Source of the DNA: Eledone cirrhosa
Taxonomy: Eukaryota
Assembly: GCA_964016885.1 (NCBI GenBank)
Contig: OZ024740.1
Span: 201,934,001 to 201,998,000 of the forward strand
Direction of reading: 5' to 3'
Length of the DNA stretch: 64,000 nucleotides
Shown: positions 11,560 to 25,100 of the stretch, piece by piece
How the letters are laid out: every line of letters begins with the position of its first letter
How positions within the stretch are numbered: position 1 is the stretch's first letter
Notes under the pieces: generated by a model
The model's database searches: none
The model's input: the letters and a program-made list of their open reading frames with translations, nothing else
Told to the model about the DNA's origin: nothing
Translations under genes and position numbers: made by a program

Positions 11560-12546
11560 TGAATTTTCCTAAGATGTAGCCAGAGATCTCCACTTGTAAT
11601 TACATTGTAGCGGTTGCGAGACTTACTGTGCAGTCTGGAAACAGCACCAAGCCTCCTCTCGACTAAGAATGAGCTTGGAAAAGGCAGAGCAAATCTCTTA
11701 GTCTCTGCATGTAGGCGTGGAAATCAACGCTGAATTTCCTCTTGCATCCAAAAAAGGGGTTCACCTATTTTGGGAAATCTAATTTTGATCATGTCATCTG
11801 CTTGAAGTTCAATGAATTCTTCCTGAAATTTAATGTCCAAATCGTCGGTGGTAGCTATGAAGGGATCTGCTATCCACATTGGGATGTCCATCGGCAAAAG
11901 GTCAACAAACCGTTCTCTCATGTTGTCTTGTAGTGCACGGAGGTGAGTGGTATAAATTTGGAGTTGGTCATCGCTTACAATGTTTTGAACATTGGTGACA
12001 CTAGGAAAATTATAGAATTCCCGGCAACAAAGATTCCTTTTGATGACATTCAATTTGGCCAGGAATGTTTTCACAGCATTCCTTGCTTTAAGCAAAGTGA
12101 TCTTCTTCCGCTGCAAAGCCATAATGACGCTATTGCATTTGTCAAAGATGTCAGCAGTCTTGCCTCACATCGAGGGTTTTCTTGTGCAGTTCTGTGTTGC
12201 GTCCTCGAAGAAACTCAATGATAGAGTTGAACAGTTCAAAGAAGTGAGTAAGGCACTTGCCCTTTGAAAGCCACCTCACTTCAGTATGAAGGAGCAACTT
12301 GACGAATTCTTCGTCATTATCTTGGCACAGTTGCCGGAAAATTCGTTCATTGAGGGAATGGTGTTTGATAGAATTGATGATATCAATGGCCACCTGCAAG
12401 GACTTGCTCAGCGGCTTGCTGAGTTTCTTCACAGCCAAGTGTTGTCGATGAATAACACATTGAACAGCAAATACAGATAGATTTTCTCTCTTCAGAAGAG
12501 TGATGAAACTCTTATGTTGGCCAACCATTGCTCTTGCGTCGTCCAT
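11560..12546 (-). pseudogene. hAT (Buster/ZBED5-like) transposase remnant
   Basis: DDARAMVG, CVIHRQHL, LLHTEVRWLSKG in ORFs 12151..12546 and 11724..12122. Dimerization-domain remnant (LPFPSSFLVERG) lies near 11650-11700. Confidence 0.85.
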
Positions 12547-12560
12547 AGCACATGATACAA

Positions 12561-12770
12561 TGTGTGTTGTATGTGGTCCTAGATGTTTGTATTACCTGAT
12601 TATGTGTTGTATGTGGTCCTAGATGTATGTATTACCTGCCTGTGTGTTTTATGTGGTCCTAGATGTGTGTATTACCTCCTTATGAGTTGTATGTGGTCCT
12701 AGATGTGTGTGTGTATTACCTGCTTATGTGTTGTATGTGGTCCTAGATATGTGTGCTACCCGCTTCTGTG
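12561..12770. repeat. ~40-bp minisatellite, 5 copies
   Basis: Unit tgtgttgtatgtggtcctagatgtgtgtattacctgctta, head to tail with no unique spacers. Confidence 0.9.
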
Positions 12771-13683
12771 TTTTTTCTTTTCTTTTTTTTATTTGTAATA
12801 TTAACCCATGCTAGCGTGGAAGATGGACGTTAAACAATGATGATGATTTATACAATAGGGAATAAAATAGATCTACATAGTGTTAACTCGTTACAGTTGA
12901 GTCAATAATTTCAGACATGAAATACATTGTTATCGGTGAAGGAAAGACAAGATTCTAACTGGCTACGCTAAAAGAGTCCTTGACCCAGTTGACTGGATTT
13001 TTCCATTTTTAGGATCTCAATTGCCGGTTAATGTCTAGACATGCCTGCACAGCTGCGGTCAGACCATACTTATGCTGTCTGCATGCTCATTCAAATGTAT
13101 TCACACTGGCTGTCTCAGAGACTTACAGATATGGCTTATAAAACTTACCAAAGTAAAGAGCCTTCCAGTGCCCCACAAAGCTCCAAACGCCCCCCGGGGG
13201 TGCATATGCCCTCCGTTGAGAACCTTTGGTTTAGAATATGAAACTTAAAGTAAGAGTGTTAAGTTGAACTGTTACTCAACATTAAACATTAAACTCTACT
13301 CAAGTGTTCAGTTCTCCAAAACTTTGTTCTAGTTTAAGATATTTAGACGCACATGCTACTAGCTGTCTCTTTCTCTCACTCTCACTCTCACTCACTCTCA
13401 CTCTCTCTCTCTCTCTCTTTTTTATATATATATATATATATATGTGTGTGTATGTATCCAGTTTAGAATAGTTACACTGTATCCCTGAATGTTTTAAAGA
13501 AGTATCTAAAAGGATTGATGTCAGGAAGATTATTCGGCTGTAAAACATTCCTCAAAAAGTCCTGTGCAACCCATGCCAGCATGGAAAAGTCAATGTAAAA
13601 ACAGATAGAGTCACTGAACACATTCTATTTCATCCAAAGAAGGAGATAGGGGAAAAATCAACCCGAGAACAGAACTGGTAATA

Positions 13684-14219
13684 TTGAGTTGGCCAAAAAG
13701 TCCATTTGGTTTTCTTAGTGAAAATGTGACACAATTTTAAAACCACAGCAATTTATTCAATCAATGATATATTTGCCATTTCGTTCCAGTACCTTCCACC
13801 ATCTTTGAGGTAAATCCATTATTCCCTGTTCAAAGAATTCCCTGTCTTTACTGGCAACAAACCCTTCCAAATGAATTTTCACATCTTCTAAGAATTGAAG
13901 GTCCGTCCATTCAAAGAATTTGAAAAGACCAAAACAGGTGGAAATCAGGAGGAGCAAGGTTGGAGGAATATGGAGGGTTGAGGAAAAACTTCCCAGTCAA
14001 ACCCTAGTAACTTCTGCCACGTCTACAAGGAAGTGTGTGCTGTCTGGCATTGTCTTGATGAAAGACAAATCCCTTTCAATTAGCAAGTTTTGGATACTTC
14101 TGGATACTTTGAAGTATCTAACGAGTGCATATTTGGAAGAAAAATGTAAAGTTAGCAACTATGTGAGAGCCTGAAGTTTAGTATTGGCAAAAACCAAACA
14201 GACTTTTTGGCCAACCCAA
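13684..14219 (-). mobile_element. Internally deleted mariner element
   Basis: TA-flanked TIRs TTGAGTTGGCCAAAAAGTC / GACTTTTTGGCCAACCCAA. ORF 13757..13957 ends SKDREFFEQGIMDLPQRWWKVLERNGKYII, a mariner transposase C-terminus. Confidence 0.85.
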
Positions 14220-14769
14220 TATATTTATCAACCTCAGAGGGATTTAAACTTAGAACAAATACTGCAAAGCATTCTAACTGCTCAATTCACCCGATATACA
14301 TATATATATATATATATATATATGAAAAGATTTAGAGTTATCAATAAAATTGAATTAATACAACTAAAATCAACTAATTAATAAATTTAAAATATATTTA
14401 ACACATATTTTTCATGCACGCATGTGTTAGGCTGTCACTTTATGGGCTTAGATAGCTCAGGTGATCAAGCCTTGCTCATACACTCCATTTTTGGCTTCGT
14501 TTTCTATGGTTGAATGACCTTTCTAATGCCAACCACCTGAGGAGCTTTTTTTTTTTTTTTGTGGCACCAGCATAGTCACCTTACGTGGCACCAGTATGAC
14601 CACTTTGCCTTTCATCCTCTCTCTTACAGCGAGATCAAGCGAGGGAATGTCAATGTCAAGAGGGTGTTTATAACTACATAGGCATCTAAAACCCTGAGCA
14701 AAAGCATGGTACATACTGCCAAGTCATGTTGTGAGTGGGTGTGTTTATTTCCATGTGTGTTGACACAGC

Positions 14770-15190
14770 TTAACCTATTAGCATTCACATTACTCTATAT
14801 TTACTATTATATGTTCATGATAAAGGTTTTACCTCGCATAATTATCTCATATAATATCGAATCTATGAGATTTTGAAAGTATTTATTTTGAGGACAATAC
14901 CTTAACATAAGTATGTGTGTCCAGTTACAGCCAGTTTCAACAGAAAGAGGTAGAGAATTCTGGCTGGTTTTGGTCAGTTTGAACATTAAAGGGTTAACCC
15001 TTTAGTATTTACATTACTCTACATTTACTATTATATTTTCATAGTAATATCGAACTACAATATTTTGATATTATTCATTTTTAGAACAATATCTTAACAT
15101 AAGTATGAGCAGCCAGTTATGACCAATTTGAACAGAAAGAGGTGAGAAGATTCTGGCCAGATATGGCCAGTTTAAATGCTGAAGGGTTAA
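14770..15190. mobile_element. Two tandem piggyBac-type MITEs sharing a TTAA
   Basis: TTAA-CC(C/T)..TAGCATT...AAAGGG-TTAA-CCCTTTAG...GAAGGG-TTAA; same family as 22111-22318. Confidence 0.7.
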
Positions 15191-15535
15191 ACAACTGGGA
15201 ATGCTTGTGTTCCATATAAATAGGTCCCACTTTTCAGCAGTTCAACATGCAAAAATTAGTACCTTACTTAAAGCAAGCGTAAAAATGATGATAATGTGAG
15301 ACTTATTAAAATAGCTCATTATATTATAATTTTGTTGTTGTTTCAAACAGCAGCTTAATAATTACTAAGTTAACTTTATTACAAAATCCCTCCAAATATT
15401 TTATTATTTTCAAAATTATTTAAACATTTTAAGCTAAGTCTTTTTTTTATTAAAAACATAACAAAACAGCCCAGAAACTTACATCATAATTTTATGTAAG
15501 GAACTTTGTTAAGTTATGTTCCAAACACCTTCATA

Positions 15536-15745
15536 ATAATTGTTTCTGATTTAGGCACAAGGCCAGCAGTTTTAGGGGGAAGTGAAAGTCGATTAAATCG
15601 ACCCCAGTGCATTACTGGTACTTTATTTTATAGACCCCGTAAGGATGAAAGGCAAAGCTAACCTCGGCGGGATTTGAACTCAGAACGTAACTATGCCGTG
15701 AAACATGGTGTCCGACACTCTACCGATTCTGCCAATCCATCACCC
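15536..15745 (-). mobile_element. tRNA-headed SINE, family A
   Basis: Minus-strand A box TGGCAGAATCGG, B box GAGTTCAAATCC, core GCCTTTCATCCTTACGGGGTC, tail GGCCTTGTGCCTAAATCAGAAACAATTATT. Confidence 0.85.
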
Positions 15746-16819
15746 TAAACACCATCATAATTATGAGAAAGTTAATTATATTGCTAAAACCTCCAAATTC
15801 TTCCTTATTTCCAAAATTATTTGAAAGTTATAGACTGTGTCTTTCATCAGAAATATAGTAGTAGAAAGGTTCAGACACATGGTCCCTATTTTATATGTAA
15901 CTGGTAGTTAGTTGAGTGAAATTTGGTTGACAAAATAGTTACCATATTTTCTGGTATATAAGGAACATTTTTTTATCCAAAACATTGATGTCAAAATCTG
16001 CCTGCAAAATACCCCAAAGGTAGGAATGTAATAATATATATCTATATATATACTATACATAGGCTATGTCTAAGTATAGCTGTAATATTAACTTTCAGAG
16101 TTGTACTTCTTTGGCAAGTGACATGATCTGAGATTGTATGTTGAAACTGAAGCCATTGCATCATAAAAGAGTAATTTTAGCCATTTAAAAATACTCAAAA
16201 ACTTTTAGTCTCACATTTCATTTACCATGATTTGTTGGTATCAAGATTTCAATCACATTTGTGACCTGTTCACTGACACAATCCCACTGGGCTACAATTG
16301 AAATGTCTCAGTGAATAAGTCACAAACACTATATCAAAATGTTTACACCAAGAAATAATAGTTTCTGATTTAGGCACAAGGCCAACAATTTTGGAGGTGA
16401 GGAAAGTCGACCTCAGTGCATTACTGGTACTTTATTTTATCAGCCCTGTAAACAGGGCCAGATTTAATGGGGGAAAAGGGCACAATTGCCCCAGGCCCCA
16501 TACAGTGGGCGAGGCGACAGCCGTAGCAATTTATTTGTACCCTCAGCTAGTCTTTATAGTTTTGGGATAGTGTTAGAATTTTTTAATTTAATACTCCTAT
16601 GTATAACTTTTCAATTCCAATTACTTGCACCAAGCTAACTTTGATATGTAAAATTGGGGGATTTGCTGTGTATTCTAATTTTTTGTGTTAACTTTTTTAT
16701 TCAAAATATGGTACATTGAAGTTACTTTGTTGTAACAAAATGAAGACAAGAGAAGGAAAGGTTTAACACATAAACCTACCAGTAAGGAAGATCTAATACT
16801 TAAGCCTTTCATTCTCATA

Positions 16820-16898
16820 TTTCTAATCAAGGACGCTGCCTACAATTTCTAATCAAGGACGCTGCCTACAATTTCTAATCAAGGACGCTGCCTACGAT
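16820..16898. repeat. 26-bp tandem repeat, 3 copies
   Basis: tttctaatcaaggacgctgcctacaa repeated with period 26. Confidence 0.9.
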
Positions 16899-17770
16899 TT
16901 TTAATTAACTTTGATCAACAATTTGGTGGGATTTAGTAATATAACTAATTTTCTCATTATTAAGCTTGTGTTTAGAACATAACTTAATGAAGGTTCTTAC
17001 ATTAAATTATGATGGAAGATTTTACATAAATATAAACACTTTAAAATAAATAGCTTTGTATGGTAAAACCAAGTGTGGTTTCTGATGGTTTGGTATCATA
17101 AGGGTTAAAGAATAAGAAAATAATTAATGACTAAAGCCGTAGAAAGCTTGCCAAACTATCTTTCAGATTGTGTCAAAAAACATAACAACTTCACCTCTGC
17201 ACTCGATAATGACCAACTGTAATTTGGATACAAACCTCCTAGGCGTATCTGGGACATCTGTGGTCCTGCTTCAGTAGTGACTTGCTTTATGTAGACCCTT
17301 CCAACCTTTGCTAGCCGGGAAAGTGGACATTAAGTGATGATGATGATGGTCATCATATGGCCATACAAGTGTAGTCTTCTCTCTTGCACGCTACATTTGA
17401 TTTCTCATACTAAGTTTCTCTCTAAGCTCATCTATACTTCACTGTTCATGCATGTTAATGTCACACATCCATCAAAGAATGCTCTCTTCATTTCGCTCCA
17501 GCCCCAACATATCCTCTGCAATTACTGCCCATATTTCACTTCCATGCAATGTTGCATTACCCACACAGCATTGCACTAAACATGCAAGCAATACACAGCC
17601 AGTCTTACATTGCATCACACATGCAAGCAACATACAGCTGGTCTGTCATTGCATAACACATGCAACATTGTACTACATATGCAACTTTGCACTATACATG
17701 CAAGCAACCTACAGCCAGTCTTGCATTCATAGCGGCCATATTGAAATGTTCTTAATGTTCTTCTTTTCAG

Positions 17771-17852
17771 ATATAAAGTATTTATTATGGTATCCACCTT
17801 TTTATGCTATACATCTTATCACCTGTCAAGAAAACCAATCAGTGTAGCAAAG
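17771..17852 (+). CDS. SLC37A2: SLC37A2-like exon 2 (YKVFIMVSTFLCYTSYHLSRKPISVAK)
   Basis: ttcttttcag acceptor, gtaagt donor, conserved YH.SRKPIS motif. Confidence 0.93.
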
Positions 17853-17890
17853 GTAAGTTAACTCTTCATCAATCTGAAACTTCAAACTTT

Positions 17891-18083
17891 GGCTGATTGG
17901 CAGTATCAGAAGAGTGTTGGACACCCTGCTTCGCAACATAGAGTTACGGCCATTTATGTTCTGAGTTCAAATCCTGCCGAGGTTGGCTTTGCCTTTCATC
18001 CTTATGGGGTCGATAAAATAAAGCACTAGTAATGTACTGGAATAACTGCTGGCATTGTGCCAAAAGTAGAAACAATTATTAAT
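17891..18083 (+). mobile_element. tRNA-headed SINE, family A
   Basis: A box, B box, core and tail as in the other copies; starts about 40 nt after the exon 2 donor. Confidence 0.85.
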
Positions 18084-18087
18084 AGTG

Positions 18088-18460
18088 ATGGAGGCACATG
18101 GCTTAGTGGTTGGAGCATTGGCCTTGCAATCAAAAGGTTGTGAGTTCAATTCTCAGACCAGGTGATATGTTGTTACCTTTATTTCACATTGCTCCAGTTT
18201 ACTCAGCTGTAGAAATGAGATGATAGGACTGGGGTCCCTATCATTCCACTGCAAAGTGGTCGTGGAGGTGCCACGGCAAAAAAGTACCCAGCCCACACTG
18301 TAAAGTGGACGTGTAGGCGCCACAGAAAAAAAGCACCCATCACTCACTGTAAATGAGGTTGGTGTTAGGAAGGGCATCCAGCTGTAGAAATCAAGCCAGA
18401 ATCAGTTCCCGTCCAACCCTTGCAAGCAGGGAAAAGCGGACGTAAAATGAAATGATGGTG
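18088..18460 (+). mobile_element. tRNA-headed SINE, family B, with RTE-like tail
   Basis: A box TGGCTTAGTGG, B box GAGTTCAATTC, repeated cacccag..cacactgtaaagtgg units, GTTAGGAAGGGCATCCAGCTGT, tail ending ggacgtaaaatg...atgatg. Confidence 0.7.
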
Positions 18461-20079
18461 GAGTTAGTAATAGTATTAGTAGTATCATAGAGAGCAACGT
18501 AAAATGAAGTGTATTTCTTAAGAACACATTATGTTGTCCAGTCCAGCTATGAAACCTATGACATTCTGATCATGAGACCAGTAACCTAACCACTAGGCCA
18601 ATCATCACACACACTAACCTACATTCTTCAATCCAGTATGACGTCATTGTCTTAATCATCATTACTTTCACATAGCCTACATTCTTCCATTCTGGTCATT
18701 GTGAACTGTCTTAATAATCATCTAAAACACACTGACCTATTTTTCTCTATTACAGTCATACTACATTGCCTTCATAATCATCACATTGTCTTGTACAGTA
18801 TTACCTCACCCCCTTTCATTTTTTGATACCAAACTGTCTGAAATCACCTCAAGTTCTTCACTAAAAAAATTGTTTTTTGTAGTGTTTATATTTATTTAAA
18901 GCTTTAGCATTTACATTACTCTACTATTGTACTTTCGTGGTAAAGGCTTTATCTCACATAATATCGAATCTACGAAATTTTGATACTGACATTATTTATT
19001 TTGAGAACAATACCTTAACATTGGTATAAGCAGTCTTATAAGTCTTATATTCAAAGTCAGTATTTTGCCGATTTTCACCAGCTTCAAATTCTACAAAAAT
19101 GAGGTGCTAAAATATTTTCGCTTTGAAGGTGAATATTACAGTGGTTTTACTTTAGAGGTGAAGTTTCTATTGTTTTTGATGTGTTTTAATTGAATATTGC
19201 CTTCAAAATTGTCGAAAATTGGTAAAAAAAAACATTACGTAATGGCATTGTGAAATGAAAACTATACTCTAAACAACACTTAAAACATTATCAGATTTCT
19301 GTGATCAGCACACATGAGCAGGTTGTTACTGATGCTGTGGATGCAGTGATTGGAGCCAACTCAGCCCATCTTTTGGTGAATGCCAACACACGTACAATCA
19401 TGTATATTGTTATTCTCTACATAGAGAGTAACAATGTTTTCACATTCAGTGACGTTTATAAATTAGGTATAGCTTCATTAAAGCTATCTTAGATTTTCTA
19501 ATATGCACTGTGTTGTGCATAGATATTCATTATTTGATTAATACAATCAAGCAATGCACATTTTGCAGTTTGATACAAATAGCATTTTACAGAAGTTGTT
19601 TTTGTGGACTAGGTATTGTTTACTGATGAACAACCAATCATCTGTGAAACATATATAAGCAATCTCTTATGTTCTTCTGTGCACAAAGAGAATAACAGAA
19701 TGTTTTCATGTGTATTTAAATTTTCCCACTGAGACTTATAAACTGTGGTTATCATCATCATCCTCATCATCAATTAAGGTCAGTTTTCCCTGCTAGTAAG
19801 GGTTAAACGAATTGCCACAGACTTAGTCAGTACTTAATCAAAGCTACTGATCTTTTAGATGGGCTGGGGCTGGATCTCACTTACATACATTCCCACACTC
19901 ATTCTCTCTCTATAGAGTGCCCTGAGTGCATTTTCGTGGCACCATCACTAGGGAAGTTGTCACGTCCCTCACACAACTGAAGAGTCCTCATAGCCCTACA
20001 TTAAATATATCTTAGGTTTTCTTATGTACTCTGTGTTGTGAATATATATTTCTTATTTGATATATCATTTAATTTTCAG

Positions 20080-20128
20080 AATGTTCTCCATACTAATTCC
20101 TCAAATTCTTCAAGCTGGGCTCCATTTG
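20080..20128 (+). CDS. SLC37A2: SLC37A2-like exon 3 (NVLHTNSSNSSSWAPF)
   Basis: ttttcag acceptor, gtaagt donor, WAPF motif, NSS sequons in the first loop. Confidence 0.88.
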
Positions 20129-21049
20129 GTAAGTTTATCAATCAACTTAACATTATTACTATTATTGTTAACCATCCTATTTTCATTATTGTTGTTAAAA
20201 CAAAAAGATGTCTGTTTTATATAGTTTATATAGGCTTGGGATATTAAATATATACTAGAGATATTCATGGGACTAGACAGATAGGATGGTAAGCAAACTT
20301 AACTATTATCTATTTATATAATTTTTAGTGTGTGGACACAGCATGAAGTTAAAAAGTTTGCTTTGCAACCATTAGGTCTTAGTTTGATTCCACTGTCATT
20401 AGTTATAGCCTAGGGTCTACCCATGTCTTGTGAGTGAAATTGGGTAAACAGAAACTCTTTGGGAGTCATCAAATGGACTGTACCTGTTATTCAAAGAGCC
20501 AACCTTGTCTTACACCGTTACACTGAATCTCCCTGAGAATTACGTTAAAGGTATACATGTTTGTAGAATGCTCAGTCACATACTATTCTGTTCATCAAAC
20601 AACTGTAACACTCGTCCTCAAATCCAACAAAGGCTCATTCCATCCCCAACTTCCAGTGTGTATTCTCTGTTTGTCCAGCTCCTTTAGAAGGCCATCATTT
20701 TATTGAATTTATGTGTGTGGGAGGAGACAAAGGGCTGTGGCAAAAATACCTGAAGGGAGCATGCTTCACCTTCTGAATATGGGGAGTAGGGAAAAACTTC
20801 AATTAACTGAAACTCTCTTTGTAATTTCAAAGCCAAAACCATCATGGGTGGGGAGGAGTGTGTTGATCATCAATGGAAATGGACCTTGTTTTAATGTGAA
20901 CATAGTAAAAGTAGCAGACATGTTTCAATCTTATTAGATCTCCTCAGCAAAGCATATTCACTTGACAAATTGACCTGACTAGAACAGTCAATTATATAAT
21001 GGTTATGCTGTTAGACTTATGACCATAAAGACAAGACACTTAATTTCAT

Positions 21050-21350
21050 GTTACTTTTTACTTGAAGTGAAACATGAGCAGTAAATGCAGAGAATATGTG
21101 AAGGCTGGGAAGAAATGAAGCAAGTATACTTCAATAGATGTGTAATGTTTATATACATGAACAGCAAAGCGTGGATGGGCTGAGAGGAAAACTGGGTATA
21201 AAAGAAATAAAATGTAGTATGAAAGAGTATGGACATGTGATGCATATGGATGATAATTGTTTGGTGAAAAATTGCAAGAAGTTCCCAGTAGAAGGAAGCT
21301 GCAGTAGCAGAAGACCAAGGAAAATGTGGACAAATGTGGTGATGGTGAAG
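21050..21350 (+). mobile_element. RTE-type LINE C-terminal fragment
   Basis: ORF 21138..21365: GHVMHMDDNCLVK...VEGSCSSRRPRKMW. Confidence 0.7.
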
Positions 21351-22110
21351 GAACGCAGTATGTAGAGGGAAGCTGTGCTGGAAAAAACCCATCCAACCTG
21401 TCACAAGGTCCTGGATTCTAACCCTACTTTTGTCTATAAATAGTTATTTCTCTAAAGTTACTCATACATTTAATCCTCTCTGTCATTTGTACATATGGGT
21501 CCACTAGTATTTAGTGATGCTTTCTTATTTTGATGCAAGGCCTACAATTTGGTGAGAGGATAATTCCTTTTAAATCAACCACAGTACTTTATTCTATAGA
21601 TCATAACACTGTAAATGTGGTTAGTGTTAGGAAAGGCATCCATCCAACTGTAAAAACCCCGGCCAAATTTACAGTCCCATAAGAGCAAGGTACAGCGTGG
21701 CCAATCCTGGCCAGACTTGTCTCTCGACATGGACGACCCGTTCGACCCATGCAAGCATGGAAAAATGGATCTTAAACAGTGATGATGATGGTGATAGCAG
21801 AATGAAAAGCAAAGTTGACCTTAGTGGGATTTGAACTCAGCATATAATAAATGGGAATGAAGACCATAAAGTATTTTGTCCTGTAAAATGGTTGGCATTC
21901 AGCTGAAGAAAACATATCAAAAAGAATAGTAACCCCATATGAGAATTTACTTTCATAGAAAACAAAGATAAAATAATTGTTTCTACTTTTGGCACAAGGC
22001 CAGCAATTACCCAATGCATTACTGGTACTTTATTCTATCGACCCCGGAAGGATGAAAGGCAAAGATAAAATAATGATTATGATGATGGCTTAATGATAGT
22101 TTCTAATTAA

Positions 22111-22318
22111 CCCTTTAGCATTTATATTACTCTATATTTATTATTAGATTTTCACTGTAAAGGTTTTACCTCACATAATATCGAATCTATGAGATTTTAA
22201 TATTATATATTTTGAGAACAATGACTTAACATCAATACGAGTGACTGGTTACAGCCGGTTTGAACAGAAAGAGGTGAGAGAATTTTGACCAGATATGGCT
22301 GGTTTAAATGCTAAAGGG
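22111..22318. mobile_element. piggyBac-type MITE, 208 bp, inserted in a SINE
   Basis: Perfect 14-bp TIR CCCTTTAGCATTTA / TAAATGCTAAAGGG with TTAA on both sides. Related copies near 18900, 26020-26325, 32337-32563 and 34214-34403. Confidence 0.85.
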
Positions 22319-22569
22319 TTAAGGCACAAGACAAGCAATTTTGCAGTGATGAGAAAGTTGATTTAATTGACCTCAATGCTTGATTGATACTTTATTTTAT
22401 CAACCTCGGAAGGAGGAAAAAAGTTCACCTCAGTGTGATTTGAACTCAGAACTTAAAGAGCCAAAACTAAATACCACAAACCATTTTATCTGACACTTAC
22501 ATGATTCTGTCAATTCACTCATCATCATGAGTCTGGTTTTCCATGCTTGCATGAGTTGCCTTGGATAAA

Positions 22570-22755
22570 TAATAATTGTTTCTACTTTTGGCACAAGGCC
22601 AGCAATTATCCCAGTGCATTGCTGGTGCTTTATTTTATCAACCCCGTAAGGTTGAAAGGCAAAGTTAACCTCGGCGGGATTTGAGCTCAGATCGTAAAGG
22701 ACCGCATCTCTATGCTGGAAATAATGACGTCCGACCCTCTACCGATACTGCCTAA
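22570..22755 (-). mobile_element. tRNA-headed SINE, family A
   Basis: Closely similar to 32115-32295 and 55184-55366. Confidence 0.85.
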
Positions 22756-23489
22756 ATAATAATATCTGTAGAATGTATAGTTAATCTTAACCCATATAAA
22801 AGTATGTTAAACCAAATATCTTTGAACCAGTAAAATAATCAATTCTTTCATTTGTAAGTATTTTGTTCTGTAAAATCAATTTTCTTTTAAGAAAGATGGT
22901 ATTAAATTCAGTTTTAATACTAGCTATCATTCTGGATAACATATGTTAAAAAGTAAGTGGAGCAGCTGTAAAGTATTTCATTTACAACTAACATATCATT
23001 TGAAGGAGATTGTTACAGTATAAATGCAGGAATGGCTGTGTGGTTCAAAAATTTGCTTCACAACCATGTGGTTTTGGGGTTCAATCCCATTGTATGGCAT
23101 CTTGGACAGGTGTCTTCTACTATAACCTCAGGTTGACCAATGCCTAACACTTTGGTTAATGTATCTCTGCATGTTTCTGTGTGATTTGATGCAATGACTG
23201 ACATTATGTTCTATTTACAGTTATTTAAACTGAAGTGTATGTGAAGTATTAATGTGGAGTGGTAAATAAATATATATACACCAGGTCCGAACACAATGGA
23301 ACCAAACTCCCACTGCACTGCCTCTGTCTCTCTCCATCTCTCACTATTGTGAACAAATGACAGACAGTGAGTGAAACTTGGTAGATTAAGCACTGTAGAA
23401 GCCTGTTGTGTGTGTATATATATATATGTATGTGTGTATGTGTATACATATATATATGTATGTATGTATATAATGACCTAGTCATTATA

Positions 23490-24295
23490 GCTGAATCCAT
23501 GAAGAGTTAGAAATAAAATTCCAGGCATGGAAGAAAAATGCACAATTGAAAGGCCTAAAAGTTAACCTAGCCAAGAATAAAATCTTAATAAGTAGGAAGA
23601 CCGGAAGCTACTATTGTCAGGTAGTGACCTTGCTCAATGTATCACTAAGGGGGTCGGCAAAAAGTCTATAAGGTGCACACAGTGTAATCTATGAATGCAC
23701 AAGAGATGTAGTAGAATTGCAGACAGGCTAACAGAAAAGTTAGACTTTATATGCAGCAAATGCACAGGAGAAATAAGCACTAAGGGTGCATGTAAAATTG
23801 ATTCTTTTAGCTGCAAAGAAGACTCTCTATAAATTGTCAGCCTTTTCTACCTAGGTGACCTAACTAACAGTGAGGGAAGGGGTACTAGTCAGGGAAAGAA
23901 CAGGCTTGAAGAAATTTAAGAAGTTGGTGCCTCTGCTAACAACAGAGGGCTCTTCTCAGAGTGAAAGGTAGACTGCATGATGTCTGCTTGTGAACTGCAA
24001 TGTTACAGGAGAATGAGGCATGGGCTGCAAAATACCTGAGAAGGCTAGAAAGAAATAGAGTATGCTCCAATGGATATGTAATGCTAATGTGCATGACCAT
24101 CGTCGTATAAGTGACCTGAGAGTAAAGCTGAGCATAAGAGGAATTGGATGTATTGTGCAAAAGAGAAGACTGTGCTGGTGTGGACATGTGATGCAAATGG
24201 AATGAGTTAGTGACAACTGACCTTAAGAAGCTGAACATCAGAATGGAGATGATAAAGAACTGCAAGGATTGGATACATACTATACTGGTGAAGGC
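23490..24295 (+). mobile_element. Decayed RTE-type LINE ORF2 fragment
   Basis: Remnants ..KGLKVNLAK, FYLGDL, KFKKLVPLL..RGL..RVKGRL and RRLCWCGHVM across frames. Confidence 0.65.
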
Positions 24296-24789
24296 CCACC
24301 TACCAACCTAAAAATAGATTTGACCCATCAATGTAGCCCCTCACCTCCCACTATCATGCTTTAGTAGCTAAACCTAATCCCCATTCTCCCCTTCATCCTG
24401 TCAAATCACACCACCCATGATACACTTCACTCCTGCCTGTAGGGTAGAGAGGGCTCTCCAGCTGAGTCAATGACCCGCCAACCTTTCTAGTCCCAATGCC
24501 TTGAAAAATGAACCCAGTACACCCTGTAAGATGGTTGGCGATAGAAAGAGCAATTTCTGTAGAAACTATTCTAAAAGGTTTGAGAGAATTCTTTAGTTTT
24601 ACTAGTCTCAGGGGTAGGACAGCTTCTCTACAGTTGGTGAGCTACATGATAAATGCACCCAGTACACTCTGTAAAGTGGTTGATCAGAGGAAAGTCATCA
24701 AGCTATAGAAAACCTGCTAAACAAAGTGTCAGGAAAACTCTTCAGTTGTGTGAAGAACATGACAACTTCCCTAGTGTTGGTAAAAGACC

Positions 24790-25100
24790 TCCTTTGGTCA
24801 CAAATGACTGTGCTCCTAGAAAGTTTCCCTCCAAGGCACAATTCTGGGCAAGGTTTTTTGTAGAAGACCAGCAGTCCCCATGCATGCCAGTCTCCCCCTC
24901 TTCACGCCACCGATGTTGTCCAAGGAAAAGACAAAGGCCAATACAGCTTGGCACCAGTGACATCGCAACTCATTTCCACAGCTGAATGAACTGGAACAAC
25001 ATGAAATAAAGTGTCTTGCTCAAGAATACAACGCAAAGCCCAGTCCGAGAATGAAACTCACAACCTCACAGTTGTATACCCAACTCTCTAACCACTAACC
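24790..25100 (-). mobile_element. CORE-like tRNA SINE
   Basis: Reverse complement matches 52505-52760: tgtgttcttgagcaagacactttatttca core, gagctgtattgg.ctttg, gggaaacttt. Confidence 0.7.

Larger units (their letters stand above)
10500..13228 (-). mobile_element. Degenerate Buster/Charlie-type hAT transposon
   Basis: Imperfect TIRs CACGTGTTCTTAAC / GTTGAGAACCTTTG; 8-bp NNNTANNN target sites GTTTAAAC / GTTTAGAA; transposase remnants inside. Confidence 0.75.

Noticed and set aside
12561-12770. CRISPR-like regular array
   Set aside because: Units are head to tail with no unique spacers, the context is eukaryotic and there are no cas genes. The 26-, 48- and 95-bp arrays fail for the same reasons.
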